Assembly (NCBI RefSeq): GCF_023585745.1
Contig: NZ_CP097762.1
Coordinates: 150,001 to 182,000 of the forward strand
Length of the DNA: 32,000 nt
Direction: 5' to 3'
From: Candidatus Saccharimonadota bacterium
Lineage (GTDB): Bacteria > Pseudomonadota > Gammaproteobacteria > Enterobacterales > Enterobacteriaceae
The notes beneath the pieces were generated by a model, which made no database searches, was not told the DNA's origin, and saw nothing but the letters and a program-made list of their open reading frames with translations. The translations under genes were made by a program, and so were the position numbers. Shown here in pieces: positions 10,024 through 21,742 of the stretch. Position 1 is the stretch's first letter; every line of letters starts with the position of its first letter.

Positions 10024-11427
10024 TTATTTATTGTAAGCAGTATAAATAGATGCAGCAGAAGCTATTGATTCGTATAAAGTTGGATGTGCATGAATAGTTA
10101 AAGTGATATCTTCCGCATCACATCCCATTTCTATGGCTAATGCTACTTCTCCTAATATCTCATCAGCATGAGAACCGATAATAGTACCTCCAATAATTCT
10201 ATTTGTTTTTTTATCAAAAATTAATTTAGTCATACCTTCTTGACAATCTGCAGCAATAGCTTTACCAGATGCAATCCAAGGAAAAGTAGTAACTGCATAA
10301 TCTATATTTCTTTCCTGGGCCATTTTTTCAGTATATCCAACCCATGCTACCTCTGGATCGGAATATATAATAGATGGGATTACTTTAGCATCAAAAAAAC
10401 GTTTTTTACCACAAATAATATCTGCAGCTATATGTCCTTCATAAATACTTTTGTGAGCTAACATTGGATGACCAATAATATCTCCTACTGCGAAAATATG
10501 TGTCACGCTAGTACGCATTTGTTCATCTACAATAATAAAACCATGTTTATCTACATGAATCCCAATATTTTCAGCATTTAATAAATTTCCATTTGGAGCG
10601 CGACCAATTGCTACTAATAATACATCATAACATTGAGTATATTTTAATAAATTTTCTTGATTTTCCATTGTTACATAAATACCATCGTCTTTAGGTTCAA
10701 TCATATCGACTTTAGTATTTAAAATTAAATTTATATTTTTACTAATTATTTTAGTAAAATAACTAATAATATCTTCGTCTAAATTTGATATGATTTTATC
10801 ACACATTTCTACCATATCTATTTTTGACCCAAAAGCATGATATATTGTTGCCATTTCTAGCCCTATAGCTCCAGATCCTATAATTAGTAAACGTTTTGGT
10901 ATCATTTTTAGTGATAAAGCATCAGTTGAATCCCAAATACGGGAATCCTTTTTAGAAAAACATGATAAAGGTATTGCATGAGATCCTGCTGCTATAATAG
11001 CTTTTTCAAAAGTTATATTAAGAATGTTTTGATCATTTTGTTCAACTTGAATAATATGACTATCGATAAATTTTCCAATTCCATTAATTATTTTAACGTT
11101 CTTTTTTTTTGCTATAATATTTAAACTATTTGATAATTGAGTAATAATTTTATTTTTCCAAACACGAGTTTTATCAAAATTACAATGTGTTTTTTCTAAT
11201 ATAATTCCATAGTTTTTTAAATTATTTTTTGTATTAATTAATTTAGCAACATGTAGTAATGCTTTAGATGGAATACATCCAATATTTAAACATACTCCAC
11301 CTAAAGTAGGGTAACGTTCCACTATTGTTGTTTCCATACCTAAATCAGCACAATGAAAAGCAGCAGAATAACCGCCAGGTCCTGATCCTAAAACTAAAAC
11401 CTGAGTTTTTATTTGTAAAATATGCAT
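10024..11427 (-). CDS. lpdA: Dihydrolipoyl dehydrogenase (E3 of the pyruvate and 2-oxoglutarate dehydrogenase complexes)
   Basis: IKTQVLVLGSGPGGYSAAF, the redox-active disulfide GGVCLNIGCIPSKALLH, and HAHPTLYES match E. coli Lpd. The ORF-track start at 11454 is a GTG nine codons upstream. The ATG at 11427 (MHILQIKTQV) fits the E. coli N-terminus MSTEIKTQV and has AGGAG 12 nt upstream. Confidence 0.95.
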   Translation of the reverse strand: MHILQIKTQVLVLGSGPGGYSAAFHCADLGMETTIVERYPTLGGVCLNIGCIPSKALLHVAKLINTKNNLKNYGIILEKTHCNFDKTRVWKNKIITQLSNSLNIIAKKKNVKIINGIGKFIDSHIIQVEQNDQNILNITFEKAIIAAGSHAIPLSCFSKKDSRIWDSTDALSLKMIPKRLLIIGSGAIGLEMATIYHAFGSKIDMVEMCDKIISNLDEDIISYFTKIISKNINLILNTKVDMIEPKDDGIYVTMENQENLLKYTQCYDVLLVAIGRAPNGNLLNAENIGIHVDKHGFIIVDEQMRTSVTHIFAVGDIIGHPMLAHKSIYEGHIAADIICGKKRFFDAKVIPSIIYSDPEVAWVGYTEKMAQERNIDYAVTTFPWIASGKAIAADCQEGMTKLIFDKKTNRIIGGTIIGSHADEILGEVALAIEMGCDAEDITLTIHAHPTLYESIASAASIYTAYNK

Positions 11428-11634
11428 AATTTTTATAAACTCCTGAGTTTTCACTATAAAAATTTTATAGCAAATAATTTGAAATAATTTTTTCTTAAAT
11501 ATTGAAAAAATTATTTATTAGCAATGAAAAATAATTTCATTTTAAATATACTCACAATAGTTATAATTACATTGTAAATCACTAATATTGTATACGCTTT
11601 ATTTTTAAAATATTTTAATAAAAAATTAACACAT

Positions 11635-12945
11635 TTAAAGAGATAATAAACGTATATCAGAGATAATGTTATTAATAAGTGTAATAAATCTTGCTCCATC
11701 TGCCCCGTCAATGACTCGATGATCATATGACAAAGATAAAGGTAACATCAAACGTGGAACAAATTTTTTATCTATCCAAATTGGTTTCATAATAGCTTTA
11801 GATATACCCAAAATTGCTACTTCTGGCATATTGATAATCGGAGTAAACGCTGAACCACCTATTCCGCCTAAATTAGATATAGTAAAACTTCCCCCTTGCA
11901 TGTCGGAAGGTGTTAATTGATTGTTAGAACGTGCTTTTTTTGAAAGATTTGATAGTTCTTTGGATAAAGAAATAACACCTTTTTTATTAACTTCGCGTAA
12001 AACGGGCACCAACAAACCTTTAGGTGTATCTACTGCAACTCCTATATTAATATAATCTTTTAAAATTAATTTTTGACCATCATCAGATAACGAACTATTA
12101 AATCTTGGGAATTCCTCTAATGCTTTAGCAACCGCTTTTATAACAAATATTAATAATGTAATTTTACAGTCTACTGTGTTCTTTGCAAGCTCAATGTTTT
12201 GTTGTTTGCGAAAAATTTCTAGATCGGTTATATCAACTTCATCAAATTGTGTTACATGCGGTGCCATCACCCAATTTCTGTGTAAATTTACACCAGAAAT
12301 TTTTCTGATTTTATCTAATGTTATAATGGTGACATTACCAAATTTACTAAAATCTATTTCTGGTAAAGAAAAATGAGAGAATAATTTACGCAATGATATT
12401 GTCGGCGTATAATCAACTTCTTTTTTTAAAATATTTTTATTTAAATAATTGTGAATATCTTCTTTTAATATACGTCCTTTACGTCCCGTGCCTTGAATTT
12501 TAGATAAATTTACTCCAAAAATACGAGCCATATGACGTATCAATGGTGTCGCATGTATTATTTTATTCGAATCTAAATTAATACACACATTACGATGATT
12601 TATAACTTTGCAATCTTCTGTATTATGCCTAATATCTTGGGTGGGTATAAAATCAACAGTGGATTCAGTAGTATCGTTCTGATAATTAATGTTAGAAATT
12701 TTAGTATTTTTTTCTATATTATTCAATGATAAAATTAAAGAACCGGTATGTACTTTTGTCCCGACTTGAATATGAATTTCAGTAACTGTTCCAGAACAAG
12801 GAGCCGGTATTTCTATAGAAGATTTATCACCTTCTATTACAATAAGCGGCTGATTAATACTAACTTTATCTCCAATTTTCACCATTATTTCTGTAACTTC
12901 TAATTCATCTGCACCAATATTTGGTGTATTGATCTTTATTGTCAT
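11635..12945 (-). CDS. aceF: Dihydrolipoyllysine-residue acetyltransferase (pyruvate dehydrogenase E2), a form with a single lipoyl domain
   Basis: It has one lipoyl domain with the lipoyl-lysine motif IEGDKSSIEIPAP. It also has the E3/E1-binding domain ATPLIRHMARIFGVNLSKIQGTGRKGRILKEDI and a catalytic domain with SLSYDHRVIDGA. Length is 436 aa against about 630 aa in E. coli. Confidence 0.95.
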   Translation of the reverse strand: MTIKINTPNIGADELEVTEIMVKIGDKVSINQPLIVIEGDKSSIEIPAPCSGTVTEIHIQVGTKVHTGSLILSLNNIEKNTKISNINYQNDTTESTVDFIPTQDIRHNTEDCKVINHRNVCINLDSNKIIHATPLIRHMARIFGVNLSKIQGTGRKGRILKEDIHNYLNKNILKKEVDYTPTISLRKLFSHFSLPEIDFSKFGNVTIITLDKIRKISGVNLHRNWVMAPHVTQFDEVDITDLEIFRKQQNIELAKNTVDCKITLLIFVIKAVAKALEEFPRFNSSLSDDGQKLILKDYINIGVAVDTPKGLLVPVLREVNKKGVISLSKELSNLSKKARSNNQLTPSDMQGGSFTISNLGGIGGSAFTPIINMPEVAILGISKAIMKPIWIDKKFVPRLMLPLSLSYDHRVIDGADGARFITLINNIISDIRLLSL

Positions 12946-12956
12946 TATGCTATCTC

Positions 12957-15623
12957 TTATATTAATCGTGGATTAATTTTGTCAGGATCAATATTAAAAA
13001 TTTTAATAGCTTTTAAAATTACATGTTTATGCAAACAACCTGTTTTTAACAATGTAGTTAATGCCGCAATTACTATATAACCTACGTTAATTTCAAAATA
13101 ATTTCTTAGATTTTCTCTGCTATCAGAACGACCAAACCCATCAGTACCTAAAACAAAAAAATTGTTATTTGGTATAAAACATCTAATTTGTTCTGCAAAT
13201 AATTTCATGTAGTCAGTAACTGCAATGGTGGGAAAATTTTTTAATACAGTTGAAACATATGGTATCTTTGGAGCATCTACAGGATGCAACATATTCCAAC
13301 GTTCACAATCCTGACCATTTCTTGCTAGTTCAGTAAAAGAAGTAACACTATATACATCACAACCAACATTATATTCTGCAGATAAAATTTGAGCTGCTTC
13401 TCGAACTATGCGTAAAATCGCGCCGGACCCCATTAATTGAACTGTTCCATTAGAACCAGATAGAGATTCTAATTTATAAATTCCTCTTTTAATCCCTATT
13501 TCTACTCCGTTTGGCATCATTGGCATAGAATATTTTTCATTTAGAATAGTAATATAATAATATATATTTTCTGGATTATTCCCGTACATACGCATTAATC
13601 CATCATGTATAATAACAGCGATTTCATATGCATAAGCTGGATCATAAGAAATACAATTAGGAATAGTTAATGATTGAATATGACTATGTCCATCAGCGTG
13701 TTGTAATCCTTCTCCATTTAAAGTCGTTCTGCCGGCTGTTCCGCCTATTAAAAATCCCCTAGCTTGTTGATCTGCAGCAGCCCAAAAAAAATCTCCGATT
13801 CTTTGGAATCCAAATATAGAATAATATATATAAAATGGAATCATAGGAAAATCATTAGTACTATATGAAGTAGCAGCGGCTAGCCAAGAAGCTGCTGCTC
13901 CTAATTCATTAATACCTTCTTGTAATATTTGACCATTTTTATCTTCACGATAATATGTTAATAAATTATGATCTTGAGGAGTATATAATTGACCTATAGA
14001 ATTATAAATACCAATTTGTCGAAATAATCCATCCATCCCAAAAGTACGTGCTTCATCAGCAACTATAGGAACTAATCTATTTTTAATAGATTCATGTCTT
14101 AATAAGATATTTAGTACACGTATGAATGCTAAAGTAGTAGAAATTTTTTTATTTTGTTCTTGCAATAAAGAACGAAAAGATTCTAATCTTGGCAATTCTA
14201 ATGAATAAGTAAAATTTTTCAGTCTATTAGGAATATATCCTAATAACTTTTTACGCCTTTCATGTAAATATAAATATTCTTTAGAATTTTTTTTGAGAGT
14301 TAAGTATGGTAAAGATTCAATTTGATTATCTTTAATGCAATTCAATTTCAGCCTATCTCTAAAATATCGTATTCCTTCAATGCTAATTTTTTTAATCTGA
14401 TGCGCAATATTCATACCTTCAGCATACGAACCCATCCCATGACCTTTAATAGTATGTGCTAATATTACAACAGGTTTCCCAGAAGTTTTTTTAGCTTTTT
14501 CTAAAGCAGCGAATATTTTTTTAGGATCATGTCCTCCTCGATCTAATTCCCAAATTTCAGCATCAGTCATATCATTGACTAATTCTCGAGTTTCTGGGTA
14601 TTTGTTAAAAAAATGTTGTCTTATATAAGCTCCATCTTTGGATTTGAATGTTTGATAATCTCCATCAACAGTTTCATTCATTAATTGAATTAATTTTCCG
14701 CTGGAATCTTTATGTAATAAATGATCCCATTTACTTCCCCAAATTACTCTAATTACTTCCCATCCTGATCCTATAAATATATCTGACAAATCGTTAATAA
14801 TTTTTCTGTTACCTGATACTGGTCCATCTAAACGTTGTAAATTACAATTAATAATAAAAATTAAATTATCCAATTTTTCTTTTGCAGCAATATTTAAAAC
14901 ACCTTTAGATTCTGGCTCATCCATTTCACCATCTCCTAAAAAAGCATATACTGTTTGTGCAGTAGTATCTTTTAAACCTCTATCTTTTAGATATTTTAAA
15001 AATTTTGCTTGATAAATTGCACTAATTGCGGACAATCCCATAGAAACTGTAGGGAATTGCCAAAATTCTGGCATTAATTTTGGATGGGGATATGAAGGCA
15101 AACCTAAATTATTAATTTCTTGACGAAAATTATTAATTTGGTTTTCGCCCAATCGTCCTTCTAGAAAAGCACGAGCATATATTCCCGGAGAAATATGTCC
15201 TTGAAAAAATACTAAATCACCCCCGTCGTATTTATTACGACCTCGAAAAAAGTGATTAAAACATACTTCATATAAAGTAGCAGATGATTGAAAAGATGCA
15301 ATGTGTCCACCTAAATCTAGGTTTTTTTTTGAAGCTCGTAACACAATCATCATAGCATTCCATCGAATCATGGCACATATATATTGTTCTATTTCTAGAT
15401 CACCAGGATATTGAGGTTCATCTTGGGTGGAAATTGTATTTATATAATTATTTACAATTTTTTCAGAAGGAATAGTTGCTTCATAATTTTGCATTATGTT
15501 TGTTATTTGATCAATTAAAAATTTAGCACGTTCAATGCCTTCTCGTTTAATGACAGAAGAAATAGATTCTAACCAATCTCGCGTTTCTATCGGATCTACA
15601 TCATTAGATAAATTTTCTAACAT
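12957..15623 (-). CDS. aceE: Pyruvate dehydrogenase E1 component
   Basis: The 888-aa product is collinear with E. coli AceE from NDVDPIETRDWL to FNIDPDKINPRL. The ThDP-binding region GDGEMDEPES...NCNLQRLDGPV is present. AAGGA lies 9 nt upstream of the ATG at 15623. Confidence 0.98.
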   Translation of the reverse strand: MLENLSNDVDPIETRDWLESISSVIKREGIERAKFLIDQITNIMQNYEATIPSEKIVNNYINTISTQDEPQYPGDLEIEQYICAMIRWNAMMIVLRASKKNLDLGGHIASFQSSATLYEVCFNHFFRGRNKYDGGDLVFFQGHISPGIYARAFLEGRLGENQINNFRQEINNLGLPSYPHPKLMPEFWQFPTVSMGLSAISAIYQAKFLKYLKDRGLKDTTAQTVYAFLGDGEMDEPESKGVLNIAAKEKLDNLIFIINCNLQRLDGPVSGNRKIINDLSDIFIGSGWEVIRVIWGSKWDHLLHKDSSGKLIQLMNETVDGDYQTFKSKDGAYIRQHFFNKYPETRELVNDMTDAEIWELDRGGHDPKKIFAALEKAKKTSGKPVVILAHTIKGHGMGSYAEGMNIAHQIKKISIEGIRYFRDRLKLNCIKDNQIESLPYLTLKKNSKEYLYLHERRKKLLGYIPNRLKNFTYSLELPRLESFRSLLQEQNKKISTTLAFIRVLNILLRHESIKNRLVPIVADEARTFGMDGLFRQIGIYNSIGQLYTPQDHNLLTYYREDKNGQILQEGINELGAAASWLAAATSYSTNDFPMIPFYIYYSIFGFQRIGDFFWAAADQQARGFLIGGTAGRTTLNGEGLQHADGHSHIQSLTIPNCISYDPAYAYEIAVIIHDGLMRMYGNNPENIYYYITILNEKYSMPMMPNGVEIGIKRGIYKLESLSGSNGTVQLMGSGAILRIVREAAQILSAEYNVGCDVYSVTSFTELARNGQDCERWNMLHPVDAPKIPYVSTVLKNFPTIAVTDYMKLFAEQIRCFIPNNNFFVLGTDGFGRSDSRENLRNYFEINVGYIVIAALTTLLKTGCLHKHVILKAIKIFNIDPDKINPRLI

Positions 15624-16788
15624 TATAGTATTTCCTTAATTTATTAAGTTTAATTATATAATTTATATTATTTTATTAAAATTAAATTTTAAAAAATTAA
15701 AATTCAGTTATTTTAAATAAAAGTGGAGAATAAAATAATTATTTAATAAATAATTTAAATATTCATATACTTAATTTTTTTATAAAAATGTCAAAAAAAT
15801 TATATATACGAATATATAATTTTTTTGATATTTTTATTTTTACGAAAAATAAACTATGTATATATAATTACATAAATAATAATATTATTATGTTATCTTA
15901 AACTATTATATTAAAAAATTTTTGACTAATTTTATTTATTTATAATAATAAATATTATTGACTGATTAAAAGTATTGTTTTTTCACAAAAAAATATATTA
16001 TATTAAAAATATATAATCAAAAATTTAGTAATTAAATTAGAGTATACAAAATATACCTTTATAAATTAAAATAAAAATTTTTGCACTAAAATACAATGTT
16101 CTGAATAAAATATTGTTATTTAACAAAAATTATTACTTAATTTTATTAAGTATTGTATTTTAATATTATAAAATATAGAATACTTTCATTATGTACTTGT
16201 ATCCCAACTATGTTTTTTACATATAATGATGTTATCTTTTATATAAAGATATATTATAGAGTAATTTACCTGTCAATATATAGTCAAGTAAATTGTAACT
16301 ACTGATTTATAAGAAAATTTTAATAATTATATTTTTAATAAAGTTTATTAACGTTAACATATTAAAATGATATATAGATCAATTATATATTTAATTTGAG
16401 TTTAATAAATTTTAAAAAAATAATCCATTTTTAATATTAAATAATGTTATCTTTCACTAAAATGCTAGAATAGCATTATTATATAATGAAATATAGAAAA
16501 TATTTGTCACATTAATATATTTATTTAATTTTGTTCTTTTAAAATAATTTTATTAAAAAAAATTAATTATTTAGTACATAATATTATATTTTATAAATTA
16601 TGCATATATAGAAAATATAATGTTTTTATTGACAATATTTCGATTTTTCACATGGTATAAATACATCAATTATTAATAAACTTTGTATGATCTTAAAATA
16701 CATATAAAATATGCAATTATTCAAATTAACTTATTATTTTAAATGAATAATTTATATATTTTATCAATGAAATAGTTTTAATTGTATT
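15624..16788. other. 1165-bp AT-rich spacer between the divergent genes aceE and mrcB, with no pdhR
   Basis: No ORF of 60 aa or more on either strand and very low G+C. It must hold the promoters for both flanking transcription units. Confidence 0.7.
15791..15828. repeat. Perfect 17-bp inverted repeat with a 4-nt loop, upstream of aceE
   Basis: TCAAAAAAATTATATAT (15791-15807), ACGA, ATATATAATTTTTTTGA (15812-15828). The arms are exact reverse complements, checked base by base. Confidence 0.9.
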
Positions 16789-19029
16789 ATGAAAAAATTT
16801 TTTTTATATATATGCTATATGTTGTTATGTACCATGTGTTTCATGATAGCATATGGAATATTTTTAGATAAAAAAATTCAGAGTCGCATTAATGGAACAT
16901 TATGGCAACTACCAGCTATTATTTATAGCCGCATGATCCATGTAGAACCTAATATTGCATATCATCAAAATGATATGATTAATTTATTAAAAATTTTGCA
17001 ATATAGGCAAGTTGATCAAATCACGCATGCTGGAGAATTTACTGTGTATAATAATCATATAGAATTATTTCGTAGAGGTTTTCATTCTCCAATTGGAGAA
17101 GAAAAAGAAGTGCATGTATCTTTCTTTTTCAATCAGAAGAAATTACTAAATATTTATAATCAAGATACAAAAAATAATTTTGGTTTATTTACATTTGATC
17201 CAAAAATTATCTCTGTATTATACACACCCAATGGTCAACAAAGATTGTTTATACCTAGATCTGAATTCCCAGAAGTATTAATACATATATTACTCGCTGT
17301 TGAAGATCACAGTTTTTATCAACACGACGGAATTAGAATAACATCTATTATACGCGCATTCTTAGCAAATATAATTTCTGGACATACTGTCCAAGGCGGA
17401 AGCACTTTAACGCAACAATTAGTAAAAAATCTGTTTTTAAATAATAATCGATCATTGTGGCGTAAATTCAATGAGGCATATATGGCTATAATCTTTGATT
17501 ATAGATATAGTAAAGAACGTATTCTAGAATTATATTTAAATGAAATTTATTTTGGTCAAAATGGAAATAATCAAATCCGTGGATTTCCATTGGCTAGTTT
17601 TTATTATTTTGGAAGACCAATAGATGAATTAAGTTTAGATCAACAGGCTACATTAGTCGGAATGATAAAAGGTGCTTCTTTGTACAATCCTTGGAAAAAT
17701 CCCCAGATAACTTTAGAACGTCGTAATTTAATACTTAAATTGTTATTAAGCAGAAATATTATTGATCAAAAATTATACACTATTCTTAGTAAACGTTCTT
17801 TAGGAACACAATCCAAAGAAGCAGTATTAATATCTCATCCTGCTTTTATACAAATGATAAACGAAGAAGTACAACATATTAATCAAATTAATAATTTTAC
17901 TGGCATTAAAATATTTACTACTTTAGATCCCATATCTCAAAATGCTGCAGAAGAAGCTATGAAGACAGGAATGTATAAATTAAGAAATCATTGCAATCTT
18001 TCAGATTTAGAAGGAGCAATAGTTGTAGTAGATAGATTTAATGGAAAAATACGCGCTATGGTAGGCGGATCAGACCCCTATTTTTATGGATTTAATCGAG
18101 CTATACATGCTAGAAGAGCTATTGGATCGTTAGTAAAACCAGCAATCTATTTAACCGCTCTAAGTAATCCTAAAAAATATCATTTTAATACTTGGATTGC
18201 TGATGAACCTATTGTTTTAAAACAATCTAATGGATTATTTTGGGAACCTAAAAATTATGATAGAAAATTTCGGGGTGCAGTAACACTTATTGAAGCATTT
18301 ACGCAATCTCTTAATGTACCAACAGTTAATTTAGGATTAACAATAGGATTAGATATAATTTCCAATACCTTAATAAAATTAGGTATCCCACCAAATTTTA
18401 TACCACCTTTTCCATCTATTCTATTAGGTTCTATAAATTTAACGCCCCTAGAATTAGCTCAAGAATTTCAAACTATTGCGAGTGGTGGTAAATACACAGC
18501 TGTATCATCTGTTCAATATATTCTGAACGAAAAAAATAAAATCATATATCAACGTTTTTCTAAAACAGAACGCGTTATTTCATCTCAAGCAACATATTTA
18601 ACATTATATGCAATGCAAAAAGCAGTGGAATTGGGGACATCTTATACATTATCTGTAAAATTTCCCAATTTAAAATTAGCTGCTAAAACTGGCACTACTA
18701 ATAATCTTCGTGATAGTTGGATTGCTGGAATAGACGGAAAAGAAGTTACTATAATTTGGGTAGGTCGTGATAATAACCGATCCGCTAAGTTAACCGGTAC
18801 TAATGGAGCATTAACTATATATGGTTTATATTTAGAACATCATAATCCAACACCTTTGTGTTTAGTTCCACCTAGCGGAATTAAATACTTACCAGTCAGT
18901 AATCTCTATAATCATACGTCGTATAATAAAAAAAATCTACAATTCCAGATTTTGCCAATATGGACAAATGATTGGAAATTTTTATTGAGAATACCTGAAA
19001 AATTAGATGTTGTTTCTTTTAAACAGTAA
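16789..19029 (+). CDS. mrcB: Bifunctional penicillin-binding protein 1B (glycosyltransferase and transpeptidase)
   Basis: It has an N-terminal TM helix ([23 protein letters not shown]). The GT51 motifs are [13 protein letters not shown] and [12 protein letters not shown]. The transpeptidase motifs are SLVKP (SxxK), SLN and KTGTT. It is collinear with E. coli PBP1b. Confidence 0.95.
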   Translation: MKKFFLYICYMLLCTMCFMIAYGIFLDKKIQSRINGTLWQLPAIIYSRMIHVEPNIAYHQNDMINLLKILQYRQVDQITHAGEFTVYNNHIELFRRGFHSPIGEEKEVHVSFFFNQKKLLNIYNQDTKNNFGLFTFDPKIISVLYTPNGQQRLFIPRSEFPEVLIHILLAVEDHSFYQHDGIRITSIIRAFLANIISGHTVQGGSTLTQQLVKNLFLNNNRSLWRKFNEAYMAIIFDYRYSKERILELYLNEIYFGQNGNNQIRGFPLASFYYFGRPIDELSLDQQATLVGMIKGASLYNPWKNPQITLERRNLILKLLLSRNIIDQKLYTILSKRSLGTQSKEAVLISHPAFIQMINEEVQHINQINNFTGIKIFTTLDPISQNAAEEAMKTGMYKLRNHCNLSDLEGAIVVVDRFNGKIRAMVGGSDPYFYGFNRAIHARRAIGSLVKPAIYLTALSNPKKYHFNTWIADEPIVLKQSNGLFWEPKNYDRKFRGAVTLIEAFTQSLNVPTVNLGLTIGLDIISNTLIKLGIPPNFIPPFPSILLGSINLTPLELAQEFQTIASGGKYTAVSSVQYILNEKNKIIYQRFSKTERVISSQATYLTLYAMQKAVELGTSYTLSVKFPNLKLAAKTGTTNNLRDSWIAGIDGKEVTIIWVGRDNNRSAKLTGTNGALTIYGLYLEHHNPTPLCLVPPSGIKYLPVSNLYNHTSYNKKNLQFQILPIWTNDWKFLLRIPEKLDVVSFKQ

Positions 19030-19214
19030 AATTTAAATCAATAAACTTAATTTATATACATCATATTTTAGTATAATTTTAAACATTATAAATAATACTT
19101 TATTATGCATAATATAAAATAGTTGATTTTACTAATCTAAATATTACATTTTATTATATTACTAAATAATATATAGTTTTAAAATTTCTATAAGCAAAAA
19201 TATCGTTAGCGTAA

Positions 19215-19261
19215 CATTATACTAATATCAGTTTCATTATACTGATATAAATATATCAGTA
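19215..19261. repeat. Direct repeat plus palindrome in the spacer upstream of erpA
   Basis: CATTATACT occurs at 19215-19223 and 19235-19243, a 20-bp period, with 14 of 16 matches when extended. A palindrome TACTGATATA / TATATCAGTA spans 19240-19261, with 10-bp arms and a 2-nt centre. Confidence 0.8.
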
Positions 19262-19360
19262 ATATCACAGAAATTAAAGTTAAAAAATTTACTAATTATA
19301 TTGTGTAATAAAATATTATTTCTTTTTATATAATATTTATTTATTATAAAGGTAGTAATT

Positions 19361-19708
19361 ATGAAAAACGATAAAAATCCTACTATAAACCTTACTGAAA
19401 ATGCAATTAATAAAATAAAGTTTTTTATTCAAAAAGAAAAACTAAAAAAAAATTTAAAATTACGTATATATATTATAGGCGGTGGATGTAATGGATTTCA
19501 ATATGGATTTATTTTAGATAATCAGATTTCTAAAGATGATTATGTTATAGAACATAACGGAGTTGGATTGATAGTAGATCCTATGAGTCTACAGTATTTA
19601 TTAGGTGGTATAATAGATTATTATGAAGAATTAAAAGGAGCTAAATTTATAGTAATTAATCCAAATGCTAAAATTACTTGTAGTTGTGGCGCATCTTTCA
19701 GTATATAG
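19361..19708 (+). CDS. erpA: A-type iron-sulfur cluster carrier protein ErpA
   Basis: [33 protein letters not shown] and [20 protein letters not shown] match E. coli ErpA (LKLRVYITGGGCSGFQYGF ... NPNAKSTCGCGSSFSI). All three cluster-ligand cysteines are present. Confidence 0.94.
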   Translation: MKNDKNPTINLTENAINKIKFFIQKEKLKKNLKLRIYIIGGGCNGFQYGFILDNQISKDDYVIEHNGVGLIVDPMSLQYLLGGIIDYYEELKGAKFIVINPNAKITCSCGASFSI

Positions 19709-19986
19709 ATAATTATATTAAAAACCATTATTATGATAAAAAATCATTTGTATGACATACAAATAGTTTGTAATATTATGTATATAATACACATGTACAC
19801 GATATTATATATAAATAATGTTTAATTGTTTTAAAACGTTACTTGTAATAATCGTATAGATTTTATGAGATCAATTAATTTATGATGTATAATAAAATTT
19901 TTAAAATAGAGTAATTTTTTACTATTAAAATAGTAACAAAAAATATAGTGGTTTATATTTTATAAAATAATTTCTTATAAAATTAG

Positions 19987-21669
<1,683 letters not shown>

Positions 21670-21742
21670 ATACAATATTTTATTGTATTAAATTTTGATA
21701 CCGAGTAATTAAATACATAAATTAATTGAAATGGAAAAATAT

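Noticed and set aside
15788-15901. A 37-codon ORF (MSKKLYIRIYNFFDIFIFTKNKLCIYNYINNNIIMLS) in the aceE-mrcB spacer, and a 19-codon ORF at 9630-9689.
   Set aside because: Neither has a Shine-Dalgarno sequence or any resemblance to PdhR or another family I know. The composition simply mirrors A/T-rich DNA. The first ORF also spans the 17-bp inverted repeat. Conservation or Ribo-seq data would be needed before calling either one.
15890-16453. The decamer ATGTTATCTT occurs three times in the aceE-mrcB spacer (15890, 16229, 16444). An 11-mer ATGATGTTATC is shared between the two inversion breakpoints (7944-7954 and 16226-16236).
   Set aside because: Rough expectation at this base composition, allowing for the number of possible words, is of order 0.3 to 1 for such recurrences. 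The shared 11-mer is in direct rather than inverted orientation, so it does not explain the inversion.
16629-16661. A perfect -35 hexamer TTGACA (16629-16634) upstream of mrcB, with TGGTATAAA (extended -10-like) downstream.
   Set aside because: The spacer between TTGACA and TATAAA is 21 bp, too long for a sigma70 promoter. With a 17-bp spacer the -10 would be ATGGTA. At this A/T content, hexamer matches are expected by chance, so I make no promoter calls.
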